A stretch of 64,000 nucleotides of DNA from an uncultured Bacteroidales bacterium (lineage in GTDB: Bacteria > Bacteroidota > Bacteroidia > Bacteroidales > UBA12077), in contig CAZSIC010000004.1 of NCBI GenBank assembly GCA_964606845.1, positions 205 to 64,204 on the forward strand, in the 5' to 3' direction. The notes beneath the pieces were generated by a model. The model was not told the origin of the DNA. It was given only the letters and a program-made list of their open reading frames with translations, and did not search any database. Of the stretch, positions 30,157 to 39,240 are shown piece after piece. A program made the position numbers and the translations under genes. How positions within the stretch are numbered: position 1 is the first letter of the stretch; every line of letters starts with the position of its first letter.

Positions 30157-31532
30157 ATATCTCCAAAAAGTTAATAGAGAAATATAATATCCCGGTGCCT
30201 CGATATACGAGCTATCCACCGGCAAATCATTTTCGGGATGATATGATGGAACAGGATTATGTAGAGATGATAAAACTTTCGAATAGCGGGCAACCTGAAC
30301 AGCTCTCTTTTTATATCCACATCCCTTTTTGCAAAAAAATATGTTTTTACTGTGGTTGTAACACAAACCCAATGGTTAATGAAAAAGCTGTTGATGATTA
30401 TATAACAGCTGTTAAAAAAGAGATTGAAATGGTTACTTCGCATATCAATCCCAATAGGCTGTTATCACAAATTCACTTTGGAGGCGGTACTCCCAACGCA
30501 ATACCTTCAAAATATATTATTGAATTGAAAGAGCTGCTGGCCTCAAAGTTTAACATTATAGATCAGCCGGAAATCGCTATTGAATGCAATCCGGCAAACC
30601 TGGATGAAAAATATATTCCCGATTTAAAAGATGCAGGATTTAATCGTTTTAGCCTTGGAATTCAGGATTTTGATGAAAAAATATTGAAAGATGTCAATCG
30701 TGATCCTTCCAATATGCCTGTGGAAAAGATTATTGAGTTATTAAAACAGGACCGAGATGATGTGGCGGTAAACCTGGATTTTATTTACGGTTTACCCGGA
30801 CAGACCGTGGAAAGTTTTTTAAATACCATACAACATGCCATTGAAATAAGGCCCGAAAGGCTGGTAACTTTCTCGTACGCCCATGTTCCCTGGATCAAGA
30901 AACATCAACAAATATTAGAAAAGAAAGGATTACCGGGAGCAGAACAAAAATTGCAAATGTTTCTGTCGGCTCATGAATTATTAAAATCAGCAGGTTATCA
31001 ATCAATCGGGTTGGATCATTATGTATTGCCAAAAGACGAACTGTTTAAAGCTATGGAAAATCATCAGCTTCACCGGAATTTTCAGGGATATTGCACCCGA
31101 AGGACAACCGGCCAGGTTTATGCTTTTGGTGTTTCATCCATTAGCCAGTTGGAAAACGGGTACGTGCAGAATACCAAAAATATTAAGACTTATATTGAGA
31201 ATCTTGAGCAAGGTAATCTATCGGTAGAAAGAGGTTACAGATTAAACGGCCGGGAAAAAATGATCAGGGAAATAATCAACACAATTATGTGTAATCAATA
31301 TATTAATTGGGACAATTTAGCTAAAAAGTTGAATTTGTCCGTAAATGATCTTAAAAAAGTAATCCAATTTAATCCCGATTTATTTGTTGATTTTATTGAT
31401 GATGAGTTAATTATAATGAATGATCATGAGTTGAAAGTTACGGAGAAGGGTAGTTTATTTATCCGAAACATTGCGGCAGCAATTGATCCTGAATATAAAA
31501 AACAATTGAACAAATATTCAAAATCGGTTTAG
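30153..31532 (+). CDS. hemN: Oxygen-independent coproporphyrinogen III oxidase (radical SAM)
   Basis: CKKICFYCGC (CxxxCxxC). 459 aa. HemN-type C-terminal domain. Confidence 0.88.
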   Translation: MNISKKLIEKYNIPVPRYTSYPPANHFRDDMMEQDYVEMIKLSNSGQPEQLSFYIHIPFCKKICFYCGCNTNPMVNEKAVDDYITAVKKEIEMVTSHINPNRLLSQIHFGGGTPNAIPSKYIIELKELLASKFNIIDQPEIAIECNPANLDEKYIPDLKDAGFNRFSLGIQDFDEKILKDVNRDPSNMPVEKIIELLKQDRDDVAVNLDFIYGLPGQTVESFLNTIQHAIEIRPERLVTFSYAHVPWIKKHQQILEKKGLPGAEQKLQMFLSAHELLKSAGYQSIGLDHYVLPKDELFKAMENHQLHRNFQGYCTRRTTGQVYAFGVSSISQLENGYVQNTKNIKTYIENLEQGNLSVERGYRLNGREKMIREIINTIMCNQYINWDNLAKKLNLSVNDLKKVIQFNPDLFVDFIDDELIIMNDHELKVTEKGSLFIRNIAAAIDPEYKKQLNKYSKSV

Positions 31533-31534
31533 GT

Positions 31535-32905
31535 ATGAATGAGATAAAAAAAGATGTAACCATAATAGGCGCAGGATTAACAGGGCTTACACTGGCTTAC
31601 GATTTAATAAAAGCAGGAAAAACAGTTGCTGTTATTGATAAAGATTCAAAGCCGGGAGGGGTAATACAAACTTTAAAAGATGATGAGTTTATTTTGGAAG
31701 CAGGGCCGAATACAGGTGTCTTGTCTACACCCGAACTGGTTGAGCTTTTTGATAATTTAAAAGGATATTGTGAGCTTGAGCCGGCCAATGAGGAAGCTGA
31801 AAAAAGGTGGATTTGGAAAAAGGGAAGGTGGCATGCTTTACCATCTGGCCTGTTGAGCGCTGTTTCTACTCCCTTATTTACATTAAAAGATAAATTTGGC
31901 ATTTTGGCTGAACCATTTCGTAAACCGGGAACTAACCCTGACGAGTGTCTTGCGGATTTAGTTCGCCGGCGATTAGGTGAAAGTTATCTTAATTATGCTG
32001 TAGACCCATTTATTTCAGGGATTTATGCCGGCGATTCTGAAAAATTGATTACCCGCTTTGCGCTGCCTAAGTTGTATAATTTGGAACAAAATTATGGCAG
32101 TTTTATCCGTGGTGCTATAAAAAAGAAAAAAGAACCCAAAACAGAATTGGAAAAAAGAGCTACCAAAAAAGTTTTTTCTGTAAAAGGCGGACTGCAAAAT
32201 CTAATTCATGCATTAACCCAGGGTATATCATCCGAAAATATTTTATATAGTTGTCTGCAAACAGAGATAAATACTACTAACAATGGTTTTTTAACCAAAA
32301 CAGAGCAAGCCGGAGAACAGTTGCTTATCCATTCTGAAAAAGTGGTTACTACCATTGGAAGTTATGCTCTGCCTGGCTTGTTTCCTTCGTTTGAAAAATC
32401 ATTGTGGAAAGATATTGAAACGATGAATTATGCCGGAGTAACACAGGTAGCAATGGGTTTTAAAAACTGGCAGGGAATATCAATACAGGCATTTGGCGGG
32501 CTTGTGCCATCGAAAGAGGGGAAAAACATTTTAGGAATTTTATTTCCTTCATCTATTTTTAAGGGACGCGCTCCTGAGAATGGGGCACTTTTATCCGTTT
32601 TTTTAGGTGGCATAAAAAAACCGAATTTGGTTGAAATGAGCGATGAACAAATTATTAAAATTGCAAAAGAAGAAGTTCAAAAAACACTACAAACAAAAAA
32701 TGAACCGGATTTAATTAAAGTTTTTAAATATCAATATGCTATTCCGCAATATGATAATCATAGTGAGCCCAAATTGGCAGCCATACAAAAAATAGAAAAA
32801 AAGTATCCCGGATTGATTTTAGCCGGAAATATTAGAGATGGAATTGGTATGGCCGACCGGGTTAAACAGGCAAAAAATATTGCAAACCAAATTATTAATG
32901 AATGA
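31535..32905 (+). CDS. hemY: Protoporphyrinogen/coproporphyrinogen oxidase, FAD-dependent (HemY type)
   Basis: N-terminal IIGAGLTGLT..D FAD fold. 456 aa. Lies between hemN and hemH. Confidence 0.8.
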   Translation: MNEIKKDVTIIGAGLTGLTLAYDLIKAGKTVAVIDKDSKPGGVIQTLKDDEFILEAGPNTGVLSTPELVELFDNLKGYCELEPANEEAEKRWIWKKGRWHALPSGLLSAVSTPLFTLKDKFGILAEPFRKPGTNPDECLADLVRRRLGESYLNYAVDPFISGIYAGDSEKLITRFALPKLYNLEQNYGSFIRGAIKKKKEPKTELEKRATKKVFSVKGGLQNLIHALTQGISSENILYSCLQTEINTTNNGFLTKTEQAGEQLLIHSEKVVTTIGSYALPGLFPSFEKSLWKDIETMNYAGVTQVAMGFKNWQGISIQAFGGLVPSKEGKNILGILFPSSIFKGRAPENGALLSVFLGGIKKPNLVEMSDEQIIKIAKEEVQKTLQTKNEPDLIKVFKYQYAIPQYDNHSEPKLAAIQKIEKKYPGLILAGNIRDGIGMADRVKQAKNIANQIINE

Positions 32906-33915
32906 ATACTAAAAAAACAGCAGTAGTATTAATAAATGTTGGAACACCCGATAATCCCGACAGAAAATCGGTTAAAAAATATTTGAAGCAATTTTTAAAT
33001 GATCCGGAGGTAATTGATATTCCTGCTTTTTTCAGGTATATATTGATTAACACTATGATTATTCCTTTTCGTGCGGGAAAATCGGCCAAACTTTATAAAA
33101 AATTATGGAATGCTGAAGGCTCGCCTTTGCTTGTTTATACTCAAAAATTGGTGAAAAAATTAAATCAGCAGCCCGGCAATTATCAATATTATTGTGCCAT
33201 GAGATACGGCAATCCTAATATTCGGGATATTTTTTCTGTAATCAAAAAACTAAATTATAATGAAATTGTTGTGTTTCCGATGTTTCCGCAATATGCATCG
33301 TCAACAACCGGTTCGGCTATAAAATATAGTGATAAAATTGCTGCAGAATTAGAAATCAACGATAAAATAAAATATATTGACCAGTTTTATAACCACCCAT
33401 TATTTGTAAATGCTTTTGCAGAAAGGTTAAAAAGTTATTCGCCAGATAAATACGATTATGTGATATTTTCTTTTCATGGTTTGCCACTAAGGCATATCAG
33501 AAAAATACACCCGCAAGTAAATCCTGAAGATTGTAATTGCGAAATAGTAATGCCTGAATATGGACATTATTGTTACAAAGCAACTTGTTACGAAACTGCA
33601 CGATTAATTGCTCAAAAAGCTGGTCTAGCAAATGATAACTATTCCGTGGCTTTTCAGTCAAGGCTTTCCAACAACTGGTTAAGTCCTTTTACAGATGATG
33701 TAATAAAAGAACTTGCAAAAAAAGGGATAAAATCTGTTTTGATCATTGCTCCGGCATTTGTTACCGACTGCCTGGAAACCATTCTTGATATAAGAGAAGA
33801 GTATCAAAGCTTATTTTTAAAGCAAGGTGGAGAGCTTTTAACTCTTGTAGAAAGTTTAAACGATTGGGATGATTGGGCAGCAATGATTCCCCAAATTATT
33901 GATAGTAATTCGTAA
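32902..33915 (+). CDS. hemH: Ferrochelatase
   Basis: 337 aa. FSFHGLP region with the catalytic His. Overlaps the hemY stop by 4 nt. Confidence 0.88.
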   Translation: MNTKKTAVVLINVGTPDNPDRKSVKKYLKQFLNDPEVIDIPAFFRYILINTMIIPFRAGKSAKLYKKLWNAEGSPLLVYTQKLVKKLNQQPGNYQYYCAMRYGNPNIRDIFSVIKKLNYNEIVVFPMFPQYASSTTGSAIKYSDKIAAELEINDKIKYIDQFYNHPLFVNAFAERLKSYSPDKYDYVIFSFHGLPLRHIRKIHPQVNPEDCNCEIVMPEYGHYCYKATCYETARLIAQKAGLANDNYSVAFQSRLSNNWLSPFTDDVIKELAKKGIKSVLIIAPAFVTDCLETILDIREEYQSLFLKQGGELLTLVESLNDWDDWAAMIPQIIDSNS

Positions 33916-33917
33916 TT

Positions 33918-34631
33918 TTATAATCCCAAAAATTCTATTCCCACACCACAAAGAAATATTGTGGCTCCTGCAATGGCATGCATAAAACGTTCAATATTTA
34001 ATTTGGGTAAAAATTTTATTCCAACAGCTGATAATGTTACAATGGCCATCATGGTACCTATGGTTATCGAGCTAAATATTATGGTTACCATAACAACATC
34101 GAAAATATTATTTTGAGCTGCCGGGTAAAGGAGTATTGGAATAAAAGGTTCGCAAGGTCCAAAAATGAATATGGTAAATAAAATCCAGGGTGTAAGTTCT
34201 TTTAGCCCTTTTTTATCGTGAACATGTGAGTGTTCATTAAAATGAGAATGCTTATGGGCATGAACAGTACCATCCGAATGCACATGTTTATGCTTATGTT
34301 GCTTTTGTTTAATTGCTTTTCGCAATCCCCAGATAAAATAAGCCAGGCCGAATGCGATCATTAACCAGGCAGCTACAGAACCACGGGTTGATTCAATGGG
34401 AATAAGTTTGTTAACTGCAACTCCAAGCATTATTCCTATAAAACCTATTAAAACAGAACTACCCACATGTCCTAATCCGCATAAAAATGTAATAAAATTT
34501 GTTTTTGTTAGTGACCATTTTCGTGCTTTGGAAATAACAATAAACGGTACATAATGATCAGGCCCCAAAAGGGTGTGAAAAAACCCGATTGAGGCTGCTG
34601 TTAAATAGAGAACTATAGAGTCTGTTTGCAT
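33918..34631 (-). CDS. NicO/RcnA-like Ni/Co transporter with a His-rich loop
   Basis: Six hydrophobic segments. FHTLLGPDH motif resembling RcnA HAxGPGH. Central loop HKHKHVHSDGTVHAHKHSHFNEHSHVH. Confidence 0.55.
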   Translation of the reverse strand: MQTDSIVLYLTAASIGFFHTLLGPDHYVPFIVISKARKWSLTKTNFITFLCGLGHVGSSVLIGFIGIMLGVAVNKLIPIESTRGSVAAWLMIAFGLAYFIWGLRKAIKQKQHKHKHVHSDGTVHAHKHSHFNEHSHVHDKKGLKELTPWILFTIFIFGPCEPFIPILLYPAAQNNIFDVVMVTIIFSSITIGTMMAIVTLSAVGIKFLPKLNIERFMHAIAGATIFLCGVGIEFLGL

Positions 34632-34633
34632 AA

Positions 34634-35041
34634 TTATAGATATTTTTTGTCTTCTTCCGGAACATCAAAATATTTCTTGTATTTTTCTGCATCAGGACCT
34701 AACTCTTCAATCTCTTTGTCTTTAATTTTGTAGGTGCATTTTTCACCGGCAAGGCTTGAAAAATAAATTTCCGATTCTCCATCTTCTTCAACCAGAATAA
34801 TTTTTACCAGGTTTGGATTTTCTTCGCGATTTAAAGTTGCGTGACAAATCGGGCAGTAAAAGGTGTATTCTTCGCCCTTATTAATTTCAAAATCTCTGTG
34901 TGTTGTAATGGTGTAGTTTCCAATTTCAGAGTTTAAATATATTAAACCCTTTTCATTTTCTTTTGATTTGGCCGCAAGTAAAATTGAATTTTTTACTCTT
35001 AAGTGGCCTTTGCAAATGGGACATAAATAATCTTTTGGCAT
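34634..35041 (-). CDS. Hypothetical double CPIC zinc-ribbon protein
   Basis: 135 aa with CPICKGHL and CPICHATL pairs. 2-nt and 12-nt gaps to its neighbours. Confidence 0.6.
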   Translation of the reverse strand: MPKDYLCPICKGHLRVKNSILLAAKSKENEKGLIYLNSEIGNYTITTHRDFEINKGEEYTFYCPICHATLNREENPNLVKIILVEEDGESEIYFSSLAGEKCTYKIKDKEIEELGPDAEKYKKYFDVPEEDKKYL

Positions 35042-35053
35042 GGCGCTTGGGTT

Positions 35054-35500
35054 TTATTGGTTTATAATTTTTAAAATATTTTGTGCTGTCTCTAAAACAA
35101 TTTCCGACATTTCTTCTCCAAAAGCAATGCTCTTGGGTTGAATTCCTAATATAAAAACCTGCATTTTAAACAATTCGGATATTTTTTTCAGCGATATATT
35201 GTGCGTATTTAAAGTGAAATCCTTTACCTGTTCAGCAGGTAGTATTTCTGAATACCCCGGTTGTTTACCAAAGTCCAAACAATCAACAAGAATAAGAACA
35301 TCGGGATTTAAAGAATTAATCTTGCCTAAATAATTTTCGATACTAACTTCAACTGTGAGTTTTTGAATCGATTTTGATTCATTAATTTTTTTACTGATAT
35401 AAACTCCTATTCCGTCGTCGCTTTTTAAAATATTTCCTATCCCGACAAAGAGCTTTTTTTTATTGTTATCTTTTATTAAATGGTTTAGCGTTTTAATCAC
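35054..35500 (-). CDS. [NiFe]-hydrogenase maturation endopeptidase (HycI-like)
   Basis: GIGNILKSDDGIGV motif. 148 aa. Confidence 0.8.
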   Translation of the reverse strand: MIKTLNHLIKDNNKKKLFVGIGNILKSDDGIGVYISKKINESKSIQKLTVEVSIENYLGKINSLNPDVLILVDCLDFGKQPGYSEILPAEQVKDFTLNTHNISLKKISELFKMQVFILGIQPKSIAFGEEMSEIVLETAQNILKIINQ

Positions 35501-36111
35501 TCAAAAGTATATTTTATTAACACTTCTCTTAAACAGCTTGGACATAGTATGTTAAACATATCTTTTCTTTTCAGTCCGTCTCTTATATCGCTTTCCACAT
35601 CAGATTTTGCTGCCAGTCGTAATTTTTCGTTTAAAATATTCAGATTTTGTATGGATGCAAAGGCTTTTGGCCCCAGTTTTTTATGCATATAAATCATATG
35701 GTCTTTGGTAGTGATGATTGCCCCGCAATTTTTACAAATAATCAATTCTCTTTCCTGATATTCAACTGACTGACTGCGATCAAAATTAGCGATATCGAAA
35801 ATTTTATCAGATAATTTTACTCCTTTCTGTGTAATACAGTGTTCTTCGCATTGCCCGCAAAAGATACATTTACCATAATCTCTTTTTATTGTTCGTATTT
35901 CCTTTTCTTTATCATCTTCAAATGTAATCGCATCTGGAGGACAAACATTGGCACAGGTTTCGCAACCAACACAGTTTTTTTCATCCACTTCGGGTTTGCC
36001 CCGGTAATTTTCAAAAGGAGTATGTGGCTCCTTTGGAAATTTAGTGGTATATGCAGGAGAAAACAATGAAACCAATGCTTCTTTTACTTCTCTTATTTTT
36101 GGATATCTCAT
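35497..36111 (-). CDS. NuoI/MbhN-like 2x[4Fe-4S] subunit with a C-terminal extension
   Basis: CVGCETCANVCP and CIFCGQCEEHC, plus extra CKNC...CPSC pairs. Confidence 0.8.
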   Translation of the reverse strand: MRYPKIREVKEALVSLFSPAYTTKFPKEPHTPFENYRGKPEVDEKNCVGCETCANVCPPDAITFEDDKEKEIRTIKRDYGKCIFCGQCEEHCITQKGVKLSDKIFDIANFDRSQSVEYQERELIICKNCGAIITTKDHMIYMHKKLGPKAFASIQNLNILNEKLRLAAKSDVESDIRDGLKRKDMFNILCPSCLREVLIKYTFE

Positions 36112-36156
36112 TTTAAATTAAAGTTTTAATTTTTTCTCTTGGTTACATCGGTTTAA

Positions 36157-36492
36157 TTAACTTTTGGGCACATCTTTATAATCATCTTTAACACTTCTTT
36201 CGCCCAGTTTTATTCCAAAAATATAGGCTCCTTTTACCAGTGCATGAGCAGCTACTGTAGCTCCAAAAAATAACAATGGAATGGCAATAATGGCTTTTAC
36301 TCCGGCGCTGTTAAATCCAAAATGAAATAAAACACCAAGCAAAATACTGCATGTACCTAAAGTTACACATTTGGTTGCCGACTGTAAACGGTTATACACA
36401 TCAGGCAAACGAACCAATCCGATGCATCCAAAAAAGTTAAACAGTATCCCAACACAGATTAATATAAAACTTACAATTTCCATATCATTCAT
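36157..36492 (-). CDS. Mrp/Mnh antiporter subunit G-like (MbhC-like)
   Basis: 111 aa, three hydrophobic segments, position within the Mrp gene run. Confidence 0.7.
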   Translation of the reverse strand: MNDMEIVSFILICVGILFNFFGCIGLVRLPDVYNRLQSATKCVTLGTCSILLGVLFHFGFNSAGVKAIIAIPLLFFGATVAAHALVKGAYIFGIKLGERSVKDDYKDVPKS

Positions 36493-36751
36493 TTAATTTT
36501 TTACCACTCAAATATTTAGCTAATGTTAATGTGCCAATAAAACTTAAAATAATCCATGCAATACCAATATCCAGAATAAAAGATTTCTGAGTAGTGATAG
36601 ATAAAATGGCACATATTCCAACCACCAGAATACCAAATATATCTATTCCAACCATTCTGTCGGCAATTGACGGACCGCGTATTATTCTGTACAGGCAGAA
36701 TATACATAATACAATTTGCACATATAGCAGTATGTTTAAATAATTAATCAT
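36485..36751 (-). CDS. Mrp/Mnh subunit F-like (MbhB-like)
   Basis: 88 aa, three hydrophobic segments. Overlaps both neighbours. Confidence 0.7.
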   Translation of the reverse strand: MINYLNILLYVQIVLCIFCLYRIIRGPSIADRMVGIDIFGILVVGICAILSITTQKSFILDIGIAWIILSFIGTLTLAKYLSGKKLNE

Positions 36752-37233
36752 TCGAATATTTTTTTAATATATTTTTCAAATTTTCCTGATATTTTTTGGC
36801 TGTAAACTTCCGGGTCTTCCGAACTAACATAAATCCAGTGAACATAAATTATATCGTCAATAATATCAACAGAAATTGTACCCGGTGTCATGGTTATTGA
36901 GTTGGCCAGAATTGTTTTTGCGATGTTTGTTTTCAGATTAAGCTTTACTTTTACAATACCCGGTTTTATAGGCATTGCAGGATGTAAAACACGATAAGCA
37001 ACATCAAAATTGGCCTTAATACACTCCCAAGTAAAAATAAATAAATACACTATAAGCCAGAAATATCTTTGAGGTTGCAAAAACGGAATTACATCTTTAA
37101 TAAAATACTTTCCAAAGAAGATGGTTGATATAAAAGACGCTATAACGCCAATAATAATGTTAGATATTGTTAGGTTAAAACTTAACAACAGCCAAAGAAT
37201 GAACGATATGACAAAGAATAAAATGTATTTCAT
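36748..37233 (-). CDS. Mrp/Mnh subunit E-like (MbhA-like)
   Basis: 161 aa. Two N-terminal TM segments plus a soluble domain. Typical size and position. Confidence 0.7.
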   Translation of the reverse strand: MKYILFFVISFILWLLLSFNLTISNIIIGVIASFISTIFFGKYFIKDVIPFLQPQRYFWLIVYLFIFTWECIKANFDVAYRVLHPAMPIKPGIVKVKLNLKTNIAKTILANSITMTPGTISVDIIDDIIYVHWIYVSSEDPEVYSQKISGKFEKYIKKIFE

Positions 37234-37364
37234 CTGTTTATAATTTTGATTTTAGCGGTCAGATGCAGCTCGCCATGATGCATCAAATATCCGCTACAAT
37301 ATACTATTAGCTTTATTAGAATCATGTGGGTGTGTGTCAAATTTATTGTCATGGCTCGGTTCAT
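37230..37364 (-). CDS. Candidate 44-aa ORF filling the mrpD-mrpE gap
   Basis: Hand translation gives MNRAMTINLTHTHMILIKLIVYCSGYLMHHGELHLTAKIKIINR. The ATG lies 2 nt after the upstream stop. The TGA overlaps the downstream ATG (ATGA). Confidence 0.25.
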   Translation of the reverse strand: MNRAMTINLTHTHMILIKLIVYCSGYLMHHGELHLTAKIKIINR

Positions 37365-37366
37365 AA

Positions 37367-38899
37367 TTACATACCAATTATTGTTTGTGTATACTCACCT
37401 GTTTTCATTAATACATCAATAGCAGGCCCCAATATTTGCTCCCTTACTCCCGGAAAAGCCAGCAGACTAAAAGCAAGGCAAAGGATTCCCATAACTACCA
37501 TACTGAAAATCATAGGAAATGGAACCTCTTTTATTTTTAATGTTTTACTATATTCTTTTTTATTAAAAAATGCATATCGCTGAAATTTCATGAAAGATGC
37601 TAATGTAATGATGCTTACTACAACAGCCAGAAATGCCAATAAATAAAATTTGGCTTGTATGGCGGCAATAATAATAATTAATTTACTAAAAAATCCGTTA
37701 AATGGAGGAATCCCCGATATAGACATTGAAGCAATAAATGATGTTGCCGATGTTACCGGCATATCTTTACTAAGGCCGCCCATTTCTTTCAGGTTTCTGG
37801 TATGAATTCTGTGTTCTATAGCTCCGGCATTCAGGAATAATAATCCTTTGAAAACAGCGTGATTTACCATATGAAATAATCCTCCTGCGATGGCCAGCAC
37901 TGCAACAGCCGGCCTTGTTCCTCTTGCCATTAGTATTAATCCAATTCCAATACTCAGTACAACATATCCCATCTGGCTTATACTGTGGTAAGCCAGTAAA
38001 CGCTTAATATCCCATTGGCCAACAGCTAAAAGCACTCCAACAACCATCGAAAGCGTACCTAATGTTGTGATAAGAATAGCAATTTCTTCCGATGCGACAA
38101 ACATGTTAAAGAAAAGCCTTATGATAACATATATTCCTACAGCTTTAATAAGTACGCCGGATAACATCGCCGAAATGGGTGATGGCGCCGATGAATGTGC
38201 ATCGGGTAACCATGCGTGGAATGGCATCATGGCGGCTTTTAATCCAAATCCGGATATCAGCAGGATTTGAACAAAAATATCGAATATGCCAGACTGATGT
38301 GAATTCAATAAAGTAGAAACATCGGCAATATTGAGTGTTTTCGTACGCCAGTATATTAAGCCTACCGCAAAAAGGATAATAAATGATGCTATTCCACCCA
38401 AAACCTGGTATTTGAATGATGCTTCCAGCTCTTCTTTTTCGGTACCAAAGGCTACAAGTGCATACGATGATATAACCGATATTTCAAGAAAAACAAACAG
38501 GTTAAATAAATCGCCACTTAAAACTACACCATTCATTCCGGCAATCATTAAACAAAGCAATGCATAAAAATTATTCTCCGATGTAAATTTGGCTATATAA
38601 GAAATGGAATAAAACGAAGCTAAAAATCCTATTAAACTGATGATGGTTAATAATATGATTGAAAAACCATCCATGACCAGGTAAATGGCAATCGGAATAT
38701 TTTTTACCGGTTCCCATCCGCCAATAGCATATGAATCCGAGTAGTTGTTCAGCAAACAATAGAAACTAAGTACGGTTAAAAACAGCAGGACTAAAGGAGT
38801 AATGGTTTTCTGAAAACCCTTAAAAAACTTTCCTACGATCATAATTAGAAAAGCCGTAGCTAATGGAACAATAACAAATATGGGTATTAACGAATTCAT
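37367..38899 (-). CDS. Antiporter-like subunit (MrpD / NuoM-N family)
   Basis: 510 aa, polytopic, proton-conducting transporter family features (WLPDAH, HMVNHA..K). Confidence 0.85.
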   Translation of the reverse strand: MNSLIPIFVIVPLATAFLIMIVGKFFKGFQKTITPLVLLFLTVLSFYCLLNNYSDSYAIGGWEPVKNIPIAIYLVMDGFSIILLTIISLIGFLASFYSISYIAKFTSENNFYALLCLMIAGMNGVVLSGDLFNLFVFLEISVISSYALVAFGTEKEELEASFKYQVLGGIASFIILFAVGLIYWRTKTLNIADVSTLLNSHQSGIFDIFVQILLISGFGLKAAMMPFHAWLPDAHSSAPSPISAMLSGVLIKAVGIYVIIRLFFNMFVASEEIAILITTLGTLSMVVGVLLAVGQWDIKRLLAYHSISQMGYVVLSIGIGLILMARGTRPAVAVLAIAGGLFHMVNHAVFKGLLFLNAGAIEHRIHTRNLKEMGGLSKDMPVTSATSFIASMSISGIPPFNGFFSKLIIIIAAIQAKFYLLAFLAVVVSIITLASFMKFQRYAFFNKKEYSKTLKIKEVPFPMIFSMVVMGILCLAFSLLAFPGVREQILGPAIDVLMKTGEYTQTIIGM

Positions 38900-38901
38900 T
38901 T

Positions 38902-39240
38902 TTATCCTCTTAATTGATTAATTTCTCTAATATCAAACGTTTTATATTTTCTGTAAAGCCTTATGGCTATGGCAAGCAGCATGGCTGTAGTTGCCAGCCC
39001 GATAACAATTGCTGTAAGCACCATAGCTTGTGGCAACGGGTCTACATAAACCTGATTTGATAGTGATAAGTCAACTATTGGAGCAACTCCAGCATCGATA
39101 TAGCCTATTAATACAAGGAATAGAAAAACGCTAAACTCCATAATCGATAGTGATATCACTATTTTTATCAGATTTCTGCGGGTTATAAGTCCATACAATC
39201 CAACCAGAAATAATAAAAAACATAATATAAATACAATCAT
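38902..39240 (-). CDS. MrpC / NuoK-like subunit (MbhG-like)
   Basis: 112 aa, three TM segments. Confidence 0.75.
   Translation of the reverse strand: MIVFILCFLLFLVGLYGLITRRNLIKIVISLSIMEFSVFLFLVLIGYIDAGVAPIVDLSLSNQVYVDPLPQAMVLTAIVIGLATTAMLLAIAIRLYRKYKTFDIREINQLRG

Noticed and set aside
37326-37583. 85-aa plus-strand ORF spanning the mrpD-mrpE gap. The same applies to other antisense ORFs across the mbh operon (e.g. 38067-38270, 39421-39690, 40639-41070, 41305-41622, 45095-45307, 45493-45720).
   Set aside because: All overlap well-supported minus-strand membrane or Fe-S genes and have no motifs. Antisense frames of hydrophobic genes commonly stay open in AT-rich DNA.
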